64,000 nucleotides of DNA from Octopus bimaculoides (lineage: Eukaryota): positions 56,352,541 through 56,416,540 of the forward strand of contig NC_068989.1 in assembly GCF_001194135.2 (NCBI RefSeq), written 5' to 3'. The notes under the pieces were generated by a model. That model saw only the letters and a program-made list of their open reading frames with translations. It did no database searches and was not told the origin of the DNA. The position numbers and the translations under genes are program-made. Every line of letters starts with the position of its first letter. Within the stretch, counting starts at the first letter, position 1. Of this stretch, positions 38,614-50,090 are shown piece after piece.

Positions 38614-39905
38614 TCTTTCTAATTTTGGTACAAGACCTGAAACTTTGAAGAAGGGGCAAGTGAATTACATTAATCCCAGTGCTCAACAGATATCAATTTT
38701 ATCAACCCAAAAGGATGAAAGACAAAATTAACTTTGGCAGGATTTGGACTCAGAACTTAAAGAGTCAGAACAAACACTCTAACAATTCTGCTTGCTCACC
38801 ACACTTTAATGGTTTCTCATTTAGGTGCAAGACTAGAAATTCTGAAAGGAGGGATTTAGCCAATTACATGGACCCCCAGTACTTGACTGGTACTTTATTT
38901 TATTGACCCTGCTGGAGGGATGCAAAGTAAAAAAAATGACCTTGGCAAATTTGAGTTCAGAATGTAGAGTATGGGAATAAATGTTGCAAGATATTTTTTT
39001 CACAGCACTAACAATTTTCCCAGCTTGCTTCCTCAATAAAATAAATAATAATAATGGCTTCTCACAGAGATACAGGACCTGAAATTTTGAAGAAGTGGTG
39101 ATAATTATATCAACCCCTATAGTTGATTGATACTTTGTTTTATTAACACTGGAGTGATGAAACACAAAGCTGACTCCTCTGGGATTTGAACTAAGAATAT
39201 GAAAAACCAAATACCACCAGGTGTTTTTGTTTGATGCTCTAACAATTCCACCAATCCTCTGACCTCAATAATAATAATAATAACCCTTTCTACTATAGGA
39301 AAAAGGCCTGAAGTTTTTTTGGAGGAGTGGGGCTTCTTGATTATATTAGTTCCAGTGCTTAGCTGGTAATTATTTCATCAACCATGACAGGATGAAAGGC
39401 AAAGTCAACCTTGATGACATTTGAACTCAGAACATAAAGATGGACGAAATATGCCAAGCATTTTGTCTGGCATGCTAATGATTCTGCCAGCTTGCTACCT
39501 TTAATCTTTCTACTATAGGTACAAGGCCTGAAATTTTGGTGGGAAGGGGCTAGTTGATTACATCATCTCCCGTACTCAACCATGAAAGGATGAAAGGCAA
39601 AGTTGACCTTAGTGACATTTGAATTCAGAACATAAAGATGGATGAAATACACTAAGTATTTTGTCCTTCATGCTAATGATTCTGCCAGGTTGTTACCTTT
39701 AATTCTTTCTGCTTTAGGTACAAGGGACAAAATTTTGGAGTTGTTGCTAATTGATTACATCAATTCCGATGCTCAACCAGCACTTATTTTATCAATCCTG
39801 AAAAGTAAAGTCAACCTCAGTGGAATTTGAACTCAAAATGTAAAGAGCTGGAAGAAATGTCGCTAAGCATTTTGTCTGGTGTGCTAATGATTCTGCCATC
39901 TTACC
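38370..39905 (-). mobile_element. head-to-tail array of about 7 family-B SINE copies
   Basis: ~200-bp periodic recurrence of aggcctgaaatttt...gattacatc...aaaggatgaaaggcaaagt...tttgaactcagaac. Confidence 0.85.
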
Positions 39906-39939
39906 TTAATAAAAATAATAATATTGCCATGTTTGCTGA

Positions 39940-40180
39940 ACTGAATATAGTAGCTAAATAATAGGGAAAAAATGAGGAAAATAGCAAAGGAAATGTGAAG
40001 ACTGCAGAAGGTTTCTGTAAAAAGGAATTCCAGTAGTTATAGGTGCTCTAAGTATACTGATACCAACAGACTTGGTAGTTTCCTTAAAGAGATCGGAGGA
40101 ACTATGAGAATTGCATTAATACAAAAATTTGTTCTGTTAAGAACAGTAAGGATTATTGAAAAGGTCCTCAGTATCTAAGG
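39940..40180 (+). mobile_element. R4-type REL endonuclease 3' fragment
   Basis: IPVVIGALS...IALIQKFVLLRTVRIIEKVLSI*. Confidence 0.75.
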
Positions 40181-40767
40181 AAACTAATTTTGATCCCTGG
40201 TATTTTTTGATTCCAAATGTAACACATTTGTGCTTACCAATAAATGATAGTAACATCTCTATAAGACACATTATTATATAATTTATATATTATTAAACGG
40301 ATATATAATTACATAATAATTATTTCTAACAAGGGTCCACATTTTAGGGAGGGTACAGTTAATTTAATTGAGCACCCTCCCCTCACACACACATACACCA
40401 ACTAATTGACAAGTACTTTATTTTATCAAACCCTAGAAAGATGAAAAGCAATGTTGACCTTTGTGGAATTTGAACTCAGAATGCAAAAATATATAAATAA
40501 ACATAGCTAAATATCGTAAAAACATTAAATCCAGTGCTCTATTAATTCTGCCATTTATTTTACAAAACACTAATAAAATAAAAGTGAATTTAACAATGGG
40601 TGTTATGCATTGAAAACTACACTGACTCTTATTTCAATGCAATAATGCTAAATGCAGTTTTACAACAGCAGAAAAAACAACAGGTCTGTGGAGGAGAAGT
40701 TACAGTTGATTTAATCACTCTCAGTATAATTATTGGTATTTATTTTATTAAACTTGGAAACATTTAA

Positions 40768-40941
40768 CCCTTTAGCATTCAGATTACTGTGTTAAATGCA
40801 ATGCTTATTTACCACATTGTTTTGAATATATCATGCATTATCTTGCAGCTTTGAAATTTTGATGATGTGATCATTATTTTTAGAATGACATTGAAGGGTA
40901 GATGTGAGAGGCCATATCTGGCTGGTTTAAATGCTAAGGGG
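40768..40941. mobile_element. piggyBac-like MITE
   Basis: TTAA|ccctttagcatt ... aatgctaagggg|TTAA. Confidence 0.85.
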
Positions 40942-41799
40942 TTAAGGGAAAAGGAATTCTCAAAGGGCTTGAACTAGAAATGTAAATGGATGCAACTAAA
41001 TACCACATCACAGTTATCCAAGACCCTGCTATTTCTGGCAATTCATTGTTCATATGTATCATCATCATTTTAAATCCTCTCTTTTCATGATCACATGGAT
41101 CAGATGCAGTTTTTGAGGCAGATTTTCTACAACTAGACTTCCTTCCTGTTGCCGATCTTTACCTGTTTCCAAGCAAGGTAATATTTTCCAATAGCCAGAT
41201 ATCATCATTATCATCATCATACTCATCATTTAACGTCTGCTTTCCATGCTAGCATGGGTTGGACGATTTGACTGGGGACTGGCGAACCAGACTCCAATCT
41301 GATCTGGCAGAGTTTCTACAACTAAATGCCCTTCCTAATGCCAACAACTCCGAGAGTGTAGTGGGTGCTTTTTATGTGCCACTGGCATGAGGGCCAGTCC
41401 AGCGGTACTGGCAATGGCCACGCTCAAATGGTGTTTTTTACGTGCCATCTGCACAGGAGTCAGTCCAATGATTTTTCAAAATAATGGAAATGAATAATTT
41501 ACTGTGACACTCATTCAGAATTATCCAATGCCCCCTCCCTTCTCAAAATTCCTTGTCTTGCAAGTTACTTGGTGACCTGCTGGTGCTGGTGCCTGTTAAA
41601 GAGCATTCAGTGGCTGGCATTTGGATGGGCATCCAGCTGTAAAACTCATGCCAAAACTGACCTTGCCTGTGCAGGTGTCATGTAAAAACCACTCTGCAGA
41701 GTGGTTGGTGTTAAGAAGGGCCAGCATGGAAGACAGATGATGATTATGAATGAAGATGATGGTGATGATGAAATGCAAACATTCACACACATCTATATA

Positions 41800-42352
41800 C
41801 AGGGTTATTCAAAAAGAATGAACCAATATCATTGTGCAATATTTTAATAAGGAAAAGCAATAGAAAACTCCAGCTAAGTCACAAGTATTTACTCACAATC
41901 AACTTTTATTTCCTGTCTTACAAGTGTTCAATGTGGTCACCACCTGCAGCACAGGCAACATCAATGTGATAAAAGAATTCCACCCAGACACATATCAGCA
42001 TATCACGATCCACTGAGTTGATCACTGTTGTTATTTGATGTTTAAGGTCATCAAGATTAGTGGGTAGCAGTGGAACATAATCCCGAACTTTTACATGTCC
42101 CCACAAGAAAAAATCACACATGGTGAGATTTGGGAATCTCACAAGCCAGTGGATCATGATATGCTGATATGCATATGGAAGGAATTCTCTTATTGCATTG
42201 ATGTTACCTGTGCTGCAGGTGGTGGCCACATTGAACACAAGAAATAAAAGTTGATTGTGAGTAAATACTTGTGACTTAGCTGGAGTTTTCTATTGCTTTT
42301 CCTTATTAAAATATTGCGTAATGAAATCGATTCATTATGTCTGAATACCCTG
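41800..42352. mobile_element. fold-back Tc1/mariner derivative (two 3' ends)
   Basis: TA flanks; arms 41800-42015 and 42147-42352 are inverted; minus frame WLVRFPNLTMCDFFLWGHVK...GGDHIEHL is a transposase C-terminus. Confidence 0.9.
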
Positions 42353-43173
42353 TATATAAAATTCTGTGTGTGTGTGTTTCCTCTATTCACAGACAAACTG
42401 CTGGATCAATCTGTACCAAATTTGGCATGGCGGTTTTTCATTACTTAGGGAAGGTTTGGGGGTGGTGCCCATATAGGGGGCTGTAGTCCCCTCTGTACGA
42501 CTCTTCGGATTCCTTTTTCAGCAGTATAATACCAAATTTGGTATGAAGGTTTTTCATTATTTGGGTAAGGTTGTAGGGATGTTAAATTTTGGCCCTTGCC
42601 CATATAGGGGGTTGTAGCCCCCCTCTCGCTATACGATCTTTCCGATTTCCTTTTTTGCAGCGGTATAATAGTTTCACTTTTCATAAGACTATAGTTTCAC
42701 TTTTATGATTCCCACATCTAACTATCTTACACTTCCCTTGCAGACGTAAACATACAAAAGCCCTTTTGCCCGCCAGCTTCGTGCAAGTCCTCAATTAGGA
42801 AACAATTTTCAGTTGAGTGATTTACATTCAACATTACATTAATTTCAACAGACTACATATTCAAACTGCCTCAATACTGTATTTCCTTTTCACTCTTTCT
42901 TTCTACTTGAACTTCACAAGCTCTATAATTCCTGTACGAACATTCAAAATATTTTATTTTTACTATGTAATATACACTGTAGGATATATTTCAGTTTATA
43001 TCATAAATGCTATAAATTTTAAAGTTCAATATTCTCGTGACATAAGTTAGAAATATCGACATGAGTTATTCAAATGATTGTTCATGGAATGGACCTAATA
43101 AAATTAGCTAGAGTACACTCAATGTTTCATATTAAACCCGATGTGACTATTTGTACTTGGATATTGGTTTTAC

Positions 43174-43226
43174 CTCAGATTTGAAATCGAATCTACATTT
43201 TCGCCCTAGCCATACTGCCTATTGTT
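43174..43226 (-). other. candidate 5' (probably non-coding) exon of gene 2
   Basis: GAG|GTAAAA donor, ttcttgacag acceptor, local CpG retention; all three frames from that acceptor contain stops. Confidence 0.25.
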
Positions 43227-43314
43227 CTGTCAAGAACTAATGCAGATTCATGTGTACCCTCTCACTCTTAAACATTTCTATTCCATCAACAGTTGAAATA
43301 GATAATGAGTGACC

Positions 43315-43745
43315 ACTGCATGGCACCTTGGGCAAGTGTCTTCCACTATAGCCTCAGGCTGACCAAAGCCTTGTGAGTGGATTTGATAGACGGAAACTTA
43401 AAGAAGCCCGTCGTATATATGTATATATATATATAAGTATGTATGTGTGTGTATGTTTGTGTGTCTGTGTTTGTCCCCCCAACATCGCTTGACAACTGAT
43501 GGTGGTGTGTTTACGTCCCTGTAACTTAGCGATTCGGCAAAGAGACCGATAGAATAAGTACTAGGCTTACAAAGAATNNNNNNNNNNTCCCTGTAACTTA
43601 GCGATTCGGCAAAGAGACCGATAGAATAAGTACTAGGCTTACAAAGAATAAGTCCTGGGGTCGATTTGCTCGACTAAAGGTGGTGCTCCAGCATGGCCAC
43701 AGTCAAATGACTGAAACAAGTAAAAGAGTAAAAAGAGAGTAAAGA
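43315..43745 (+). mobile_element. family-A SINE, CpG-retaining, split by a 10-N gap with overlap
   Basis: Retains cccgtcg and gtcgatttgctcgac; ~61 bp duplicated on both sides of the gap. Confidence 0.85.
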
Positions 43746-43783
43746 GTATTAAATTATCTACTGTTAGAGTAGTCTATCTTTGT

Positions 43784-44586
43784 TCTATCTACTAAGCACG
43801 GTATCTACAAAATTCACCGTGTGTGTGTATGTATTTCCTCTATGCATGGCCAAACCACTGGATCAATCTGTACCAAATTTGGTATGAAGGTGTTTCATTC
43901 CTCGGAGAAGGTTCTAGAGTTTTTTTTTTCCCAGTAGTATCATTCCTTCACTTTTCATAACTCTAGAATAAATACCAAATTTTGCATGATGGTCTTTTTC
44001 ATTACTAGAGGAAGGTTCAGGGGGGCAAATTTTGGCATTGCCCATAGGGGACTGTAAGCCCCATCCTCCTATACAACCGTTTTCTTCTCTCATGGGCAAT
44101 TATAAGTAGGATGTTCGCGAGTTGGAAGTCCCAAAACTTTTTTATTTGTACCCCAATTAAAGGACACACTGAAAACGTTGTATATTTAGAAATTCTACAA
44201 AATTAAACTGTGATTGATTTCAGGATTTGTTTTAATAACTTTGTTCATACTCACGTCATCTGATAAAATTTTTCTGAAAATATATTTTTTATCAGAATAA
44301 ATATATTTATTTCCTTTAACTCTTTTGTTACTATATATACTTTAAGATGTTCTGTGTTTCTTTCAATTAATTTTAAATATAACAAAGAATTCAGTAAAAT
44401 AACTTAGTTATCATTAAGCTGGTGTTAGGAACATAAATTGTGACTAAGGTTTGGTGAAAGATTTTAATTCAAAACTTATGAAAACAAGACATTTGTACTA
44501 TAGAGCCAGAGGCAGTTTCAGCCGAGTTGGTATCAAAAGGATTAACATTCTTTAAACTTTCAAGCAACGCCAGGTACTTTGGCTAG
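43784..44586 (+). mobile_element. non-autonomous Helitron-like element with nested TTAA-flanked MITE (44320-44541)
   Basis: 5' TC start (tctatctact), 3' gcaacgccaggtactttggCTAG|T; shares ctggatcaatctgtaccaaatttgg with a sibling at ~42360-42800. Confidence 0.55.
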
Positions 44587-44689
44587 TATATATGAATGAC
44601 TTATAGGGACGAGGTATTCCATTATGCAACCGTAACATTCTATAAAGTATATTAAATGTTTCTCTGGCAATCGAAATCAAATTCGAAGA

Positions 44690-45135
44690 CTGGCATTCGT
44701 GCTAGTGGAGCGCTAACAGCACCATCCGAGTATGATCGTTACCAGAGCAGCTGACTGGCTTCTGTGCCAGTGGCATGTAAAAAGCACTGTTCGAGCGTGA
44801 TCGTTACTGGCACTTGTGCCAGTGACACATGAAAAAATATTCGAGCGAGATCATTGCCAGTGCCACTGAACTGGCTCCTGTGCAGGTGGCACGTAAAAGA
44901 CACCATTTGAGCATGGCCATTGCCAGTACTGCCTGACTGGCTCTTGTGCCGGTGACACGTAAAAGTACAGACTACACTCTCTGAGTGGTTGGCGTTAGGA
45001 AGGGCATCCAGCTGTAGAAACTCTACCAGATCAGATTGGAGCCTGGTGTAGCCATCTGGTTTCACCAGTCCTCAATCAAATCGTCCAACCCATGCTAGCA
45101 TGGAAAGCGGACGTTAAACGACGATGATGATGATG
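44690..45135 (+). mobile_element. RTE LINE 3' end (family C), well preserved
   Basis: Tandem gtgccagtggcacgtaaaa-like units followed by gcatggaaagcggacgttaaacga(cga)(tga)n tail; more than 10 relatives in the window. Confidence 0.85.
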
Positions 45136-45712
45136 TAATATTTACCCAGGGCCAATCTTGCTTCTGCAGAATATTGGAAATGATGGCATTCATTTACAAC
45201 GTTTATTTGATGTCATATATATATGTGGCCAAGTGGTTAGTGTGTTGCACTCATTATCGCTAGACCATGGGTTCAATTCCTGGACTAGGTAGTGCATTGT
45301 GTTTTTGAGCAAAACATTTCATTTTACGTCACTCCAGTCCACTCAGCTGTAAATAGGTAACCCTGCGATAGACTAAACTTCTGATCAGGAATAATGGCTT
45401 GTTTGCCTAGCCAATGGGGTGGCATCATTTGAAAGCCAAAAACCAAGTAAAGTGCACTGTGACCTGTGATGTATAACATGTGACAGTCTGGTTGATCACA
45501 CACACACACACATCATCATCATCATCATCATTTAATGTCTGCTTTCCATGCTGGCATGGATTGGACGATTTGACTAGAACTGGTAAGCCAGAAGGCTACA
45601 CTAGGTTCAAAAAGTTGACCTTGGTGGAATTTGAACTCAGAATGTAAAGACAGATAAAATGTCGCACACATTTTGCCCAGAGTGCTAACAATTCTGCCAG
45701 TTATATATATAT

Positions 45713-45905
45713 TGTAACATATAATTGCCAACCAAATGTGGTGCCCTATACAGGACTGCTACTGACGGCTAACGACACACATTCTGTGTCTGTGGACACA
45801 GAATGTGTGTCATTAGCCAGCTGGAAGAGATGTCTTCCTAGGGCTATAAACATCAGTACCAGTCCTGTTTAGGACGCCATACTTGGTTGGCAATTATATG
45901 GTATA
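45713..45905. mobile_element. small TIR element with two internal hairpins
   Basis: Outer IR catataattgccaacca...caggactgctactga / tcagtaccagtcctg...tggttggcaattatatg; inner hairpin 45767-45818. Confidence 0.75.
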
Positions 45906-45993
45906 ATTCCATATTGCTACTGTTTGCATCCCACTCAGAGATTTAATCATTATCATCATCATCATCGCTTAACGTCCACTTTCCATGCTATAG

Positions 45994-46046
<53 letters not shown>

Positions 46047-46337
46047 TACTCACACACATACATACATACATACATACACAAATGTTTATAAATAATCTGT
46101 AAACATAAAATAATAAAAAAACAAAACAAAAATAGTATTTAGTACAAATGATAATTTCTCTCATTTCTTTTTTATTAATAAGTAAGAAAATAATTCTTTA
46201 ATAATAATAATGATAAAATTAATAATAGTTTACACATTTTTTTCTTTCTTGTCCATATTTTTTCTATTTTCTTTTCTTCTTGTTTTTGTTATATTTTTTT
46301 CTTATTTGAATTTAAATTTGTAACCCTAACAATACAC

Positions 46338-46464
46338 TCATGCTGCCTCCTCATCTTCATCGTCTTCATTGGCTGCTGGTTGTAAATTTAGAGTTTTCTG
46401 CCCACCTTTCATACGTATAGGATCAGGCATACGGAAAATTCTAGACATTGGGTAATTTAGGTGG
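46338..46464 (-). CDS. predicted terminal coding exon, gene 1 (xHLNYPMSRIFRMPDPIRMKGGQKTLNLQPAANEDDEDEEAA*)
   Basis: Strong acceptor atcttttcttctctttgacag, only one open frame, non-repetitive peptide with acidic tail, TGA followed by AT-rich 3'UTR-like sequence. Confidence 0.7.
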
Positions 46465-46632
46465 CTGTCAAAGAGAAGAAAAGATAATAAATAAATAAAC
46501 TGCATAACACATATTGAATAAACCTCTTTTTCATTGCAATGCACATACACAACACATACAAAGTTCATTCCAGAAGTTTTGAGACTTTTTTTAGGAAAGG
46601 GAGTTATAACTGTCTTAAATTATTGTAATTTT

Positions 46633-47000
46633 AGTTGGCACTCCGTCGCTTACGACGTCGAGGGTTCCAGTTGATCCGATCAATGGAACAACCTGCTCGT
46701 GAAATTAACGAGCAAGTGGCTGAGCACTCCTCAGACACGTGTGCCCTCAACGTAGTTCTCGGAGATATTCAGCGTGGCACAGTGTGACAAGGCTGACCCT
46801 TTGAATTACGGGTACAACAGAAACAGGAAGTAAGAGTGAGAGAAAGTTGTGGTGAAAGAGTACAGCAGGGTTCGCCGCCATCCCCTGCTGGAGCCTCGTG
46901 GAGCTTTAGGTGTTTTCGCTCAATAAACACTCACAATGCCCGGTCTGGAAATCGAAACCACGAGTCCGCTGCCCTAATCACTGGGCCATTGCGTCTCCAC
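46633..47000 (-). mobile_element. family-D SINE, CpG-rich young or unmethylated copy
   Basis: tRNA-like head at the right end (reverse complement gtggagacgcaatggcccagtgattagggcagcggactc). Confidence 0.85.
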
Positions 47001-47169
47001 TGTAATTTTAGTATATCATTACTATACATATAATAAGCTAACCTGCCAACTTCCCCCCCCCCCCNNNNNNNNNNNNNNNNNNNNNNNNNNNNNNNNNNNN
47101 NNNGATTGAAAGAGATGGAGGCAACAGCACTTTGAACATCCTCTAATAAACACTGCTTGTCACAATTCT

Positions 47170-47500
47170 ATCCTGGTAACCAACTACTTGACAGAGATGG
47201 GCATCAAAACTGTCTCTCCACCCCCCTACAGTCCAGCCTTTGCACCCTGTGACTTTTGGTTGTCCCCCAAGCTGAATGAGAACTTCAGAGCAAGTTGTTT
47301 TGAAGACAAAGGAGGCCACGACGAAAGGATCCTGGACACCTTCACTTTGGAAGACTTTCATGGAGCCTTCACAAAGTAATTGTAGTGCTACAACAAGTGC
47401 ATTGAAGCCAGAGGATCCTACTTTGAAAGAGTTTAGAGTTTTGTACTTCTTTGAAATTAATAAATGAAAAATGCTTGAAAATTTCTGGGATGCTCTTTGT
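47170..47500 (+). mobile_element. mariner transposase 3' fragment
   Basis: PPPYSPAFAPCDFWLSPKL (YSPDLAPCD motif) ... CIEARGSYFE. Confidence 0.85.
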
Positions 47501-47744
47501 ATATATATTATGTATATATCTCCAACCCCTATGATTGATTGATTTCTACATGCTCATCAATGACAGAGAATAATAGCTTTTTAATAACATCCAATCAAGT
47601 CAATGCTTACAGAAACTAATGTTTGTCATGCAAATGAATGTAAGCTAGCAGAACCCATATTTCCTTTAATACAAGGGTCTCTAATCACCGATTCATAGAC
47701 CAATACTGGGCCATGAATCATTTGGTCCTGGGTTACTCTTTTAC

Positions 47745-48120
47745 CCTTTTACTTGTTGCAGTCATTTGACTGCGGCCATGCTGGAGCACCGCCTTTAGTC
47801 GAGCAAATCGACCCCAGGACTTATTCTTTGTAAGCCTAGTACTTATTCTATCGTACCTTTTGCTGAACCGCTAAGTTATGGGGATGTAAACACACCAGCA
47901 TTGGTTGTCAAGTGATGTTGGGGGGACAAACACAGACACACAAACATATACACGACGGGCTTCTTTCAGTTTCCGTCTACCGAATCCACTCACAAAGGTT
48001 TTGGACGGCCCAAAGCTATAGTAGAAGACACTTGCCCAAGGTGCCACGCAGTGGGACTGAACCCAGAACCATGTGGTTGGTAAGCAAGCTACTTACCACA
48101 CAACCATTCCTGCGCCTATG
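47745..48120 (-). mobile_element. full-length family-A SINE, CpG-retaining
   Basis: Complete head, core and tail; gcggccatgctggagcaccgcctttagtcgagc. Confidence 0.9.
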
Positions 48121-49789
48121 GTAGCACAGAAGGAATATATTTTAAAATTTCATTTCTTTTTATTGACTATTGTAGTCTGCAGGGTGATTTTGCATTATAT
48201 ATCTTTTACTTTTTGTTTCAATCATTAGACTGCAGCCATGCTGGGGCACTGCCTTGAAGAATAATTTTATTCGAATGAATTGACTCCAGTATTTATTCTA
48301 TTGGGTTCTTTTGCTGAACCACTAAGTTATATGAATGTAAACACACTAGCATTGGTTGTCAAGTGGTGGTAGGGGATAAACACAAGGACACACACATGAT
48401 AGGCTTCTTTCAGTTTTCATCTAGCAAACCCTCTCATAAGGCTTTGGTTGGCTGAGGCAAAAGTAGAAAACACTTACCTAAGAAGCCACGGAATGGAACT
48501 GAACCTAGAACCACGTGGTTGGGAAGCAAACTTCTTACCATACAGCCATACTTGTGCCTATGTAAGAATTAGCTTATATATTGTACACTTTGTGTTTTGT
48601 TATGCTCATAATTACTAGGTCTGCGGAAAAATCGCCATGCATGAAACTGGTCTGCAATGCAAAAGAGATTGCAAGAACCATTACTTTCAAAGCTGTATCA
48701 GAGATTTATTCTCATTTTATTTTTCCACTTTATAAGGTTACAGCCTCAAAATAATAACTATTTGTTAAGCACAATTCCAGTTGATTATAATTTGCATAAA
48801 TGAATTAAGATATACTCTGTTGAAGCCTTGTGAGTTTTGATGGCAAATAGATAGTGTCCCTATGAATGCTATTCTCTGTTGAAACCTTATTGAGGTATTA
48901 ACTCATTTTCTATTTGTGGAAGAGGCAGAGCCAGGAAGATGTGGGATGAGGTGGTGATGTATGATCTTTGCTAACAAGTGACCAAGACTTCTGGCAATTT
49001 ACTGTGCTTGAGAAGACATGTCAAGTTAAGTGAAACTGTGGTCATGGCCAGTGCTGGTAATGTGTAAAAGGCACCTGTGCTGGTGACCCGTAAAAGGACC
49101 CATGCCAACGACATGTAAAAGGCGCCTGAGCCAGTGATACCTAAAAGACATCTAGTACGCTGTAGTTGGCATTAGGAAGGGCATCCAGCCGTAGAAACCA
49201 AACGAAAACACGACTGGAACCTGGTGCTTGGTCAAACCATCCAACCCATGCCAGCAATGCAAACAGATGTTAAATGGTGATGATCTGTCCTCTCAGACCA
49301 ATGGCTACATGTTCATGTATTTTGTTAGTGTATGTGTAAATGTAGTCAAATTCAGCTTTCATAGTCAGCAAGTGAGTGTGGCATAAGATGTACCATGTTT
49401 TTGATAGTTGTTTTAGGTGTCTACATAGTTGGGAGCAGACACAGTCACCCTCCCAATCCTAACACCTTTACTCTCATGGAACCCTCCCAACCCTCACTCA
49501 TGACCTAGAGCAGTGGTTCTCAAACCATTTTTTGCATATTGACTCCTTTGAGTCCTATTTTACTCTACTGGACTTCCATTTGATGAATATAAAAAAAATT
49601 TTACTGTATTTTTTTAATTGTATACAGCTGAGAAGACAGTATCATCATGAAATGAAGTGTCTTGCTCAAGAATTGAACTCATAACCTAAGCATCATGAGC
49701 TGAACACCTGAACTACTAGCCCATGTACTTTCACATGTATGTATTGTTTGCTTCTTGCTTGCTTGCTTCATGCTTTTGCTTGATGGAGC

Positions 49790-50090
49790 TGGGGTCATCC
49801 CAGGTTAGCGGTCCCAGAAGGGTCATCGTGCACAGAGCCGATCAGGTATACCAGTGCTCCCCATCACTGGCAGTCCCATGCCAGCCCCTCTGCATCCTCT
49901 GAGATGATGTCGAGCCTCTGGAGATCTTCTTTAGACATATCCAGCAATTTGGTGTGGGGCATCTTCCAGCTAGCAGTTGTGTTGAATGAGGAGTAAGGCC
50001 CTTGATAAGATGATCTGGCGGGAGGCAGGGGAGGACATGACTGCACTAGTGCATGCGGTGGATAACTGCATGTGCTGGTATGGACACATA
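49790..50090 (-). mobile_element. RTE/RTEX-type LINE 3' remnant
   Basis: ...DMSKEDLQRLDIISEDAEGLAWDCQ*W resembles DLxxxxxxxxDAxxLAxDRxxW. Confidence 0.55.

Noticed and set aside
43517-43649. ~61-bp direct repeat
   Set aside because: Identical sequence on both sides of a 10-N gap inside one SINE; contig-overlap artefact
45222-45300. tRNA gene (A and B boxes present)
   Set aside because: Head of a family-D SINE continuing into SINE body; no complete cloverleaf. No genuine tRNA, rRNA or CRISPR array was seen in the window
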